Shown: in pieces, positions 39,768-48,088 of the stretch
Numbering within the stretch: position 1 is the first letter of the stretch
Layout of the letters: the number at the start of each line of letters is the position of its first letter
NCBI GenBank assembly: GCA_947074145.1
Contig: CAMTOJ010000002.1
Coordinates: 40,742-104,741, forward strand
Length of the DNA: 64,000 nt
Direction of reading: 5' to 3'
From: an uncultured Bacteroidales bacterium
GTDB lineage: Bacteria; Bacteroidota; Bacteroidia; Bacteroidales; JAUNSR01
The notes under the pieces: model-generated
Databases searched by the model: none
Told to the model about the DNA's origin: nothing
The model's input: the letters and a program-made list of their open reading frames with translations, nothing else
Translations under genes and position numbers: made by a program

Positions 39768-40036
39768 CAAGGATAAAATCAGGATTCCGATTATGTGAAG
39801 TTGGAAATGAGTATATAATAGTTGCTCATGGATTGGAAAATATAAATTTCTCTAAGGTGATGAATCTAAACGAAATTGCCGCTTATTTATGGGAAAAGAT
39901 AGTTGATAAAGAATATTTTGATGAAACGATATTAACAGATCTAATACTTCAGGAATATGAAATTGATGAAGAAACGGCTCGAAAAGATGCTACATCTTTT
40001 ATCAATCAATTAAAGGAGCAAGAGCTGGCCGAATAA
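39764..40036 (+). CDS. PqqD-family protein (RiPP recognition element-like)
   Basis: 90 aa. 'FRLCEVGNEYIIV....FSKVMNLNEIAAYLWEKI.....ETILTDLILQEYEIDEETARKDATSFINQLKEQEL' fits the PqqD pattern. ATGA overlap with the upstream peptidase gene. Confidence 0.75.
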   Translation: MTRIKSGFRLCEVGNEYIIVAHGLENINFSKVMNLNEIAAYLWEKIVDKEYFDETILTDLILQEYEIDEETARKDATSFINQLKEQELAE

Positions 40037-40056
40037 CAAAGAATTTTGTTTTATAT

Positions 40057-41172
40057 ATGAAAAACAACACTGAGAAGATTTTATTTGAATTATTAAGAGC
40101 ATCGCTTTGGAATGCAGATATCAATCAGTCAATGTTTGAAACTATGACAGATGACGATTGGAGATCTGTATATATGATAGCCAAAAAACAAGCCTTATTA
40201 GGAGTTGTATATGATGGATTAATGAAATTGCCAAAGCAATTTTATCCATCAAGACTTATACTTATAAATTGGTTTGTAACGGTTGAAAAGATCTCGATGT
40301 CAAATGAGAGAATGAATGAGGCGCTACAACAATTCTCCCAAGAGACATCTATTCTTGGTATAGATTTTATTCTTATAAAAGGGCAGGGGTTGGCCAACCT
40401 TTATCCCAATAAACTTAGTCGTCAATGTGGAGATATCGATATAGTGGTGAAAAATAGAAGTCACTATGATAAACTCTATGAATATTTATGTGATAAGACG
40501 GGAACTCGTCCTAAATTTAGTGTCAAACATGTCAATTTCGAATATTTGGGAATGCATTTCGAAATACATCGTGAGATAATGAATCTACATAATCCATTCA
40601 GACGAAGGAAATTTGAAAATAAGATAACTAAACTTATAAATAGTGGAAAGTTGTCGTACTATCATATAAATGAAAGGAAGATATATCTTCTTCCTCATAA
40701 AGTGAATTCGGTTTATATATTGAAGCATGCTTTCGATCATCTGATAACATTCGGTATCGGATTAAGACAAATATGTGATTGGACACTATTTATGTCAATG
40801 TATAAAGATATATTAAATAAAGAGGAGGTAACTTCGTTATTAAAATTGTGTTCAATATATGATGCAGCAAATATGTTTGCATATATATCGGTCAATTATT
40901 TGGGTATGGACAAAAAAAATCTACCATTCGATTATATTGAGAACAAGGAGAGAGGGGAGTTTCTTTATCGTGATATAATGGAGGGTGGAAATTTCGGAAC
41001 TCATCGAAAAGGTTATAATGTAGATAAGAATCCGATATTAAGAAAACTAAAAACAGCGATATCAATTTTTAAACGAAGTTTGATATTTTTCCGGTTTAGC
41101 CCGAACGAATCATTTTGGTATCCATTTGATCAAATTTATCGTGTTTCCGCATCAATGATAAGAACGAAGTAA
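40057..41172 (+). CDS. Uncharacterised nucleotidyltransferase (NTP_transf_5-like)
   Basis: 371 aa. 'ILIKGQGLANLYPN...RQCGDIDIVV' gives the G-x(n)-D-x-D nucleotidyltransferase motif, with a long helical C-terminal part. Confidence 0.65.
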   Translation: MKNNTEKILFELLRASLWNADINQSMFETMTDDDWRSVYMIAKKQALLGVVYDGLMKLPKQFYPSRLILINWFVTVEKISMSNERMNEALQQFSQETSILGIDFILIKGQGLANLYPNKLSRQCGDIDIVVKNRSHYDKLYEYLCDKTGTRPKFSVKHVNFEYLGMHFEIHREIMNLHNPFRRRKFENKITKLINSGKLSYYHINERKIYLLPHKVNSVYILKHAFDHLITFGIGLRQICDWTLFMSMYKDILNKEEVTSLLKLCSIYDAANMFAYISVNYLGMDKKNLPFDYIENKERGEFLYRDIMEGGNFGTHRKGYNVDKNPILRKLKTAISIFKRSLIFFRFSPNESFWYPFDQIYRVSASMIRTK

Positions 41173-41244
41173 AAACTAATCTAAATACAACAACTATTTA
41201 TCGACCGGACTTCTTCGAAGAACGGAATTATCAACAATCAATAA

Positions 41245-42888
41245 ATGAAATCATATATCAGATTTTTTAAAAATATGTTTTCTGCCATAAATGGCGCTAT
41301 GTCCGGTTTCAGATTGAAGTTGGTAGGGATGTGGTTGCTTGATATAATAACAATTATTAGCTCTATTGCATTTGTATTTTATTCTAAGAGAGTTATTGAT
41401 ATAGCAACATCTGCATATGAAGGTGATCTGTTTGAATATGCCATAATTCTTGTTGTTCTTCTTCTTTTTCAGATATCAGGTCAAGCCTATAATAAATGGT
41501 ATTCATTAAGAATTTACTCTAAAATAGTCAATAGGTTGCGATCTGAATATTTTGACAGGATATTAAGAAGTAAATGGAATGAGGCTGAGAAATTCAAAAC
41601 CGGAGATCTTCAGATGCGTATGATGAGTGATATTTCAGATTTCGTCACACTCATGGTTTATACTTTACCAGGAATGTTGAGGTCTTTCTTTGAGTTGACA
41701 GGCGCATTTATCTTTTTATATATTCTCAATCCTATGCTTGCTGTTAGTATCTGTGTAATAACACCTTGCTTTTTGATATTCAGCAAATCATATTTCAAAA
41801 AAATGAGAGAGATCACTCATAATATCAAGGAGTATGATGGAAGGATAAGTACTATGTTGAATGAGAGTTTTTTGAATAGAAATGTTTTGAAGGTTTTCGA
41901 TTATCAGGATATTCAGAGTGAAAACTATAAACTGCTTCAGGAAAGAAAACTCGGATTTATATATAAGAAGAATAACTATACAACCTACTCCAATATGCTG
42001 GTTTCCTTATGTTTTGCCATAGGTTATATTACGGCATTTCTTTGGGGGACTTGGCAAATTAGTGCAGGAATTATCACGTTTGGAACAATGACAGCCTTTC
42101 TTCAACTTGCTAATAGAATACAAAGTCCGGCTCTTGATCTTCTTGGAACAATCCCTCCTTTAATCAATATGAAAACATCGATGGAGCGACTTGACGATAT
42201 AAAAGGGTTAACAGTTGAGCATAATAAGAATAAAGATCTCCTTGGGGATTCATTGTTTGTAGATATAGACAAAGTCAGTTTTGGATATGAAAACGATGAA
42301 AAGGTATTGCAAGATGTTTCCATGGAGTTTAAATCGGGTTCTATTTCTCTTATTATGGGACCTTCAGGAGCCGGTAAGACCACTTTGATAAGATTATTAT
42401 TGGGATTGATTGAGCCTGAAAAAGGTAGCGTCTCAATAAAGACAAAAGATGGCTCTAAAGTAAAAGTATCAGAAAACACACGAAATAATTTTGTGTATGT
42501 ACCTCAGGGTAATACGCTTTTCGGAACTACAATTAGGGAGAATATATTGCTTGGAAATCCTGCTGCTACAGAAAAAGAGATAGAAAGAGCTATATATATG
42601 TCTGCATCAGAGTTTATATATAGTTTGCCAAAAGGTCTGGATACGGAACTTTCAGAGAATGGCTCAGGTGTTTCACAAGGTCAATCTCAAAGAATAGCAA
42701 TTGCAAGAGCTTTGCTTCGCCCCGGTTCCATATTGCTACTTGATGAGGCAACCTCTGCATTAGATGAAACAACAGAAAATCTTATACTTGAACGAATGAA
42801 GGAGGATAATGATAAGAAAACAATAATCATGATATCACATAATAATAAAATAAAAGAGATTAGTGATTGTGTCTTTAATATAAGATGA
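41245..42888 (+). CDS. ABC exporter, fused permease-ATPase (no peptidase domain)
   Basis: 547 aa. N-terminal TMD, Walker A 'GPSGAGKTT', degenerate signature 'VSQGQSQRIAIARA', Walker B 'ILLLDEATSALD'. Confidence 0.9.
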   Translation: MKSYIRFFKNMFSAINGAMSGFRLKLVGMWLLDIITIISSIAFVFYSKRVIDIATSAYEGDLFEYAIILVVLLLFQISGQAYNKWYSLRIYSKIVNRLRSEYFDRILRSKWNEAEKFKTGDLQMRMMSDISDFVTLMVYTLPGMLRSFFELTGAFIFLYILNPMLAVSICVITPCFLIFSKSYFKKMREITHNIKEYDGRISTMLNESFLNRNVLKVFDYQDIQSENYKLLQERKLGFIYKKNNYTTYSNMLVSLCFAIGYITAFLWGTWQISAGIITFGTMTAFLQLANRIQSPALDLLGTIPPLINMKTSMERLDDIKGLTVEHNKNKDLLGDSLFVDIDKVSFGYENDEKVLQDVSMEFKSGSISLIMGPSGAGKTTLIRLLLGLIEPEKGSVSIKTKDGSKVKVSENTRNNFVYVPQGNTLFGTTIRENILLGNPAATEKEIERAIYMSASEFIYSLPKGLDTELSENGSGVSQGQSQRIAIARALLRPGSILLLDEATSALDETTENLILERMKEDNDKKTIIMISHNNKIKEISDCVFNIR

Positions 42889-42901
42889 AATAGATAAAAC
42901 A

Positions 42902-42939
42902 AAAACGCACCAAAAGAGATATTCTTCTTGGTGCGTTTT
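42902..42939. terminator. Bidirectional terminator (ABC exporter / pepD)
   Basis: AAAACGCACCA ... TGGTGCGTTTT perfect 11-bp stem. Confidence 0.8.
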
Positions 42940-42969
42940 CGTTTTATTATATTGCTATATATTAGAGAA

Positions 42970-44427
42970 CTAACATATCTCCTTCAAAACTTCAATTGTA
43001 AAATCCCAGAATTTTTCAACAGAGGCAATATTAACTTTTTCATCCGGAGAATGGGGGAATTGCATTGTCGGACCATACGATATCATGTCAAGTCCCGGTA
43101 CATTAGCACCGATAATACCACATTCTAATCCTGCATGAATAACCATAACTTTTGGATCTGTGCCGTATTTACTTTTGTAAACACGAGTCATAAGATTAAG
43201 AATATCAGAGTTTACATTTGGATCCCAACCAGGATAGTTTCCTTCAAATTCAACTCTTGCTCCGGCAAGAGTGAAAACACTTTGAAGAGAAGAAGATAGG
43301 AAGAATTTCTGATCTTCATTAAGACTTCTGATAAGGAAAATCACTTCAACCATCCCTTCACTTGATTTTACTATTGCAAGATTTGAAGATGTTTCAACAA
43401 CTGTAGGCATATTAGTTGACATTCTAACAACACCATTAAAACAACCAACGATTGCATTTATTACATCGTCTTGTATCTCTTCCGGTATAAGTGTAGTAGG
43501 AAGTTCGCTAATGTTGCCCTCAAATTTTATAGAATCTTCAATTTCTTGAAATTCATTTATAAGAAGTTGCTCATATTCTTTTACCTCGTCAAGAAAATCA
43601 TCAACCACTTCAGCCGGTATTGTAACAACAGCAAAAGCCTCACGAGGAATAGCGTTTCTAAGAGTACCTCCATCGATAGACGCTAATCTTGCTTCGTAAT
43701 CAGTAACTGCCATTTTAAGGAATCTGAACATAAGCTTGTTAGCATTTCCTCTTCCAAGAATTATGTCAAGACCTGAATGTCCACCTTTCAGCCCGGTAAG
43801 GGAAAGAGAAATAGCAACATCACCTTCGGGTATTTCTGTATCATCTTTATATTGGAACGTTGCATTCATATTTACTCCTCCGGCACATCCCATAAAAAGT
43901 TCACCTTCAGTTTCAGAATCCATATTAAGAAGAATTTTACCTTTTATATCCTCTTTTTTAAGACCGAATGCGCCAAACATACCCGTTTCTTCATCTTTTG
44001 TGAAAAGAGCTTCAATAGGGCCATGCTCTATGTCATTAGCCTCAAGAATGGCCAAAGCGGTAGCCATACCAATACCATTGTCGGCACCAAGAGTAGTCCC
44101 GTCAGCCGTGACCCATCCGTCGACAATCATTGTCTTGATAGGATCTTTTTCAAAATTATGAACTTTGTCGGAGTTTTTTTGAGGAACCATATCAAAGTGA
44201 GACTGAAGAATCACTCCTTGACATTTTTCTTTGCCTTTGGTTGCGGGTTTTCGGATTATTACATTTCCAGCTTTGTCAACAATTGTTTCAAGAGCAAGAT
44301 TTTTTCCAAAATTTACAAGGAAATCAGTTATTTCCGAGTGATGGCCAGATGGATGAGGAATTTGGCAGATTTCTGCGAAATTTTTCCAAAGATTAGCCGG
44401 TTTAAGATTTAGCAACTCATTATTCAT
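42970..44427 (-). CDS. pepD: Aminoacyl-histidine (Xaa-His) dipeptidase PepD, M20C
   Basis: 'LKPANLWKNFAEICQIPHPSGHH', 'LQSHFDMV', 'ADGTTLGADNGIGMA', 'FTKDEETGMFGA', 'IHAGLECG'. The start at MNNELL (44427) avoids overlap with the upstream gene. Confidence 0.9.
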   Translation of the reverse strand: MNNELLNLKPANLWKNFAEICQIPHPSGHHSEITDFLVNFGKNLALETIVDKAGNVIIRKPATKGKEKCQGVILQSHFDMVPQKNSDKVHNFEKDPIKTMIVDGWVTADGTTLGADNGIGMATALAILEANDIEHGPIEALFTKDEETGMFGAFGLKKEDIKGKILLNMDSETEGELFMGCAGGVNMNATFQYKDDTEIPEGDVAISLSLTGLKGGHSGLDIILGRGNANKLMFRFLKMAVTDYEARLASIDGGTLRNAIPREAFAVVTIPAEVVDDFLDEVKEYEQLLINEFQEIEDSIKFEGNISELPTTLIPEEIQDDVINAIVGCFNGVVRMSTNMPTVVETSSNLAIVKSSEGMVEVIFLIRSLNEDQKFFLSSSLQSVFTLAGARVEFEGNYPGWDPNVNSDILNLMTRVYKSKYGTDPKVMVIHAGLECGIIGANVPGLDMISYGPTMQFPHSPDEKVNIASVEKFWDFTIEVLKEIC

Positions 44428-44437
44428 AATGAATATT

Positions 44438-45460
44438 TTATGTCTGATTAAAAGATGATTGTTGTGGTTCTCTTGTTTTATTAAATCTTTCTCCAAGATT
44501 TATTGCAATTATAGTATAAATTCCTAAAAGAATCAAAATAGCTTGCTGAAAACCGTGTACAACAAGAGCAAAAGTAGATGCTTGGGTCTGACCAATGCCA
44601 AAAAGAACAAGAGTCGATATAATCATGAAGTGCCAAGGTCCCATTCCACCCTGAACAGGAACAACGACCCCAAGGCTACCCATCACGAAAAGAGTAAGAG
44701 CTCCGGCAAGGCTAATATCACTTGTAAAATCAAAAGCAAAAAGACATACATAGAAATTAAAGAAGTAGAGAATCCAGATTGTGGCAGTAAGGAAAAGATA
44801 TGTCCATTTGTTTTCCATCTCCATAATTGATTTTATGCCTTTTATAAATCCGGAGAATATATTAGATATTTTTTTTGCAAAAGCAGTTTGAGAAATACGT
44901 TTTCTAAAGATTAAAGATGAGGCTATAATTATTGAAGTAATTATATATGGCCATGGGGATACAATAAGCTTTTGAAGAGTAACTACTATTGTCTGATGTG
45001 AGGAGAAGAATGATAAGAAAAAATCATATTGGAATAACATTACAGATCCTGTAATAATTGCTATACATATCATGTCAAGAAAACGCTCGGAAATAAGTGA
45101 TCCGAAAACAGTGGTAAATGAGATATCTTCTCTTTTTGACATATAATTACATCTCCAAATCTCACCCAGTCTGGGGAAAATAAGATTTACTCCGTAGCTA
45201 CCAAAAACAGAGTTTACAAGAGTGTTTAACGAAGGTTCTACCTTTAATGTTTTAAGTTGGAATCTCCATCTGTATGCACGAATAATATGGCTAAGAGTTA
45301 CAAGTATAAGAGAAAGGGCAATCCATTCCCATTTTACTCCGCTTTTTAATACTTCCTCTATTTCTTCCAGTTTTACCCCTTTATACAGATACCAAAATAT
45401 ACCAACACCAAAACATAGAGGAACGATGAACTTAAGAGTATTTCTAACTATTTTCTTCAA
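44438..45460 (-). CDS. Lysylphosphatidylglycerol-synthase-TM-like / flippase-like (UPF0104) membrane protein
   Basis: 340 aa, ~8 TM. 'LSHIIRAYRWRFQL' is typical of the LPG_synthase_TM family. Confidence 0.7.
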   Translation of the reverse strand: MKKIVRNTLKFIVPLCFGVGIFWYLYKGVKLEEIEEVLKSGVKWEWIALSLILVTLSHIIRAYRWRFQLKTLKVEPSLNTLVNSVFGSYGVNLIFPRLGEIWRCNYMSKREDISFTTVFGSLISERFLDMICIAIITGSVMLFQYDFFLSFFSSHQTIVVTLQKLIVSPWPYIITSIIIASSLIFRKRISQTAFAKKISNIFSGFIKGIKSIMEMENKWTYLFLTATIWILYFFNFYVCLFAFDFTSDISLAGALTLFVMGSLGVVVPVQGGMGPWHFMIISTLVLFGIGQTQASTFALVVHGFQQAILILLGIYTIIAINLGERFNKTREPQQSSFNQT

Positions 45461-45639
45461 TTCTTTCCTATTTAAAGTAATTTTCCGATTACCTTTGTTA
45501 TAACAATAGGTGATCTTATATGCAAAGATACTCTTTTAAGGGTAAGTTTTTTATAGACTATATTAAAAATAGGTGAATATATATGAAAAGCGATCAAGCT
45601 AAGATCAATTTAAGATATTAATTATCAAGCTAAAAAATA

Positions 45640-46422
45640 ATGGTAAATACGGTAAAGCCAAAAAAGTTTCTGGGACAGCATTTTTTGACTGATCTTACAG
45701 TAGCGGAAAGAATTGCAGATACATTAGACGAATATAAATCATTGCCTGTTCTGGAAATCGGACCGGGAATGGGAGTGTTGACACAATTTCTTATTCAAAA
45801 AGGGCATGATCTTAAAGTAGTTGAACTTGATAGAGATTCTGTTGCTTATCTTGGTAAGAATTTCCCGGATCTAAAAGACCGTATAATAGAGGCTGATTTT
45901 TTGAAACTAAATCTTGATGATCTTTTTCCCGGAGAATTTTGTGTAATAGGCAATTATCCATATAATATATCAAGTCAGATATTTTTTAAAGTACTTGATT
46001 ATAAGGATCGTATTCCATGTTGCAGCGGAATGATTCAAAAGGAGGTTGCTCAAAGGATGGCTGCTTCACCGGGTAATAAAACATATGGAATTTTAAGTGT
46101 CTTAATGCAGGCATGGTATAAGATTGAATATTGTTTTACAGTACATGAGAATGTGTTTAATCCACCACCAAAAGTAAAATCGGCCGTAATAAAGATGACT
46201 CGTAATGATGTAAAAGAACTTGATTGCGATGAAAAACTTTTTAAAAGAGTTGTGAAAACAGCATTTAACCAAAGGCGAAAAACGATGAGAAATTCTTTAA
46301 AACCAATTTTGGGGAAAGAATGTGAGATTTTTGCAGATAAGATTTTTGATAAACGGCCTGAACAGCTTTCAGTAGCACAATTTATCGATCTGACCAATAT
46401 GATTGCTCCACATGTAATATGA
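45640..46422 (+). CDS. rsmA: 16S rRNA (adenine1518/1519-N6)-dimethyltransferase
   Basis: 260 aa. 'KKFLGQHFLTD', 'VLEIGPGMGVLT', 'GNYPYNISSQI', 'FNQRRKTMRNSL'. Confidence 0.95.
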   Translation: MVNTVKPKKFLGQHFLTDLTVAERIADTLDEYKSLPVLEIGPGMGVLTQFLIQKGHDLKVVELDRDSVAYLGKNFPDLKDRIIEADFLKLNLDDLFPGEFCVIGNYPYNISSQIFFKVLDYKDRIPCCSGMIQKEVAQRMAASPGNKTYGILSVLMQAWYKIEYCFTVHENVFNPPPKVKSAVIKMTRNDVKELDCDEKLFKRVVKTAFNQRRKTMRNSLKPILGKECEIFADKIFDKRPEQLSVAQFIDLTNMIAPHVI

Positions 46423-46451
46423 TTATCTTATAATCAAATCTAAAATTCTTT

Positions 46452-47798
46452 ATGATAAGATTTAATGAAGAATATATCTCGAAAGTCCACGAGGCTATCC
46501 ACATTCAGGATAAACAGGTATTATTAGAACTTTTACAAGATCTGCATCCGGCTGATATTGCAGGATTATATTCATCGATGAATATCGATGAGGCTGAGTT
46601 TATATATCATATATTACAGCCTGAAGTCGCAGCAGATGTATTATCGGAATTGGATGAAGATGATAGAAAAGAGCTTTTGAGTCATATGTCAAAAGAGGCA
46701 ATTGCTCAAAATGTGATTCGAAACATGGATACCGATGATGCTGTTGAGCTAATGAGGGATCTTGATGAACATGAACAGGAGGAGATTCTTTCACATATTG
46801 AAGATATAGAGCAGGCCGGAGATATCGTAGATCTGTTGAAATATGATGAGGATACAGCCGGAGGTCTTATGGGTACAGAAATGATCGTTGTGAATGAGAA
46901 TTGGAGTATGCCTGAGTGTATTAAGGAGATGCGTGAACAAGCTGAAGATATTGATGAGATTTATAATGTATATGTAATAGATGATGATTCAAGGCTTGTT
47001 GGGATATTTCCTTTGAAAAGTATGATTACAAGCCCTTCTGTTTCCAAAGTAAAAAAGGTGATGCGCAAAGAACCTATATCAGTGAAAACAGATACACCTA
47101 TAGATGATGTGGCAAATGATTTTGAGAAATACAATCTTATTGCGATGCCTGTTGTTGATAGTATCGGTCGACTTGTAGGGAGAATCACTGTAGATGATGT
47201 CATGGATAAAGTGAGAGAGATAAATGAAAAAGACTATCAACTTGCATCCGGTATCTCTCAAGATGTAGAATCGTCAGATAATGTTTTACTTCAGACAGGA
47301 GCCAGGTTACCTTGGTTATTAATCGGCATGATAGGTGGACTTGGTAATTCTGTTATTCTTGGAAATTTTGAAGCAGGTCTTGCTGCTAATCCTGTCATTG
47401 CTCTTTTTATTCCTCTTATAGGGGGAACAGGAGGTAATGTTGGGATTCAATCCTCAGCCATTGTTGTACAAGGATTGGCAAACGGAACACTTAGTTTAAA
47501 GAATTCCGGAGTACAGTTATTAAAGGAAGCGAGTGTCGGACTTATCAATGCAAGTATGATTTCATTACTTGTGTTTATCTATAACTGGGTTAGAATGGGG
47601 GGGAATGAGATTACAATCTCTGTGTCTTTGTCTTTGTTTTGTGTTGTGATGTTTGCTTCAATTTTTGGAACCATCGTACCTCTTACACTTGAAAGATTAA
47701 AGATTGATCCGGCTATTGCTACCGGACCTTTTATTACTATTACCAATGATATAATAGGGATGATGATCTATATGGGTATAACAATGTATTTGTTATAG
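46452..47798 (+). CDS. mgtE: Magnesium transporter MgtE
   Basis: 448 aa. N-domain 'LHPADIA', tandem CBS domains, TM domain 'GGTGGNVGIQSSAIVVQGLA', 'ATGPFITITNDIIG'. Confidence 0.95.
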   Translation: MIRFNEEYISKVHEAIHIQDKQVLLELLQDLHPADIAGLYSSMNIDEAEFIYHILQPEVAADVLSELDEDDRKELLSHMSKEAIAQNVIRNMDTDDAVELMRDLDEHEQEEILSHIEDIEQAGDIVDLLKYDEDTAGGLMGTEMIVVNENWSMPECIKEMREQAEDIDEIYNVYVIDDDSRLVGIFPLKSMITSPSVSKVKKVMRKEPISVKTDTPIDDVANDFEKYNLIAMPVVDSIGRLVGRITVDDVMDKVREINEKDYQLASGISQDVESSDNVLLQTGARLPWLLIGMIGGLGNSVILGNFEAGLAANPVIALFIPLIGGTGGNVGIQSSAIVVQGLANGTLSLKNSGVQLLKEASVGLINASMISLLVFIYNWVRMGGNEITISVSLSLFCVVMFASIFGTIVPLTLERLKIDPAIATGPFITITNDIIGMMIYMGITMYLL

Positions 47799-47820
47799 AA
47801 TAAAAAATAAAAAAAATATA

Positions 47821-47861
47821 AAGTCTTTGTAATCATGTTTTTGATTACAAAGACTTTTTTT
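47821..47861 (+). terminator. Rho-independent terminator after mgtE
   Basis: AAGTCTTTGTAATCA ... TGATTACAAAGACTT perfect 15-bp stem plus a T-run. Confidence 0.85.
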
Positions 47862-48088
47862 ATGCATACAAATCTTTCAATTATAGGTATCAAAATTAGT
47901 ATAGGAAATTAAAAATGAGATATAATGACAAAAAATAGTTCAAAATGGGCTTCTGATAAATCATAGATAATAATGACATATGCCTTAATTTTATAAAAAA
48001 TTATCTTTACCATATCGGTTGATAAACTTAAAGTTTATAAGTGCTGAAATTATAATTAACCATGAAATATTAAACAAATCTTTATTAT

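Noticed and set aside
43736-44412. Plus-strand ORFs 43736..44161 and 43777..44412 (141 and 211 aa)
   Set aside because: They are antisense to pepD, whose M20 motifs are unambiguous, and they have no motifs of their own.
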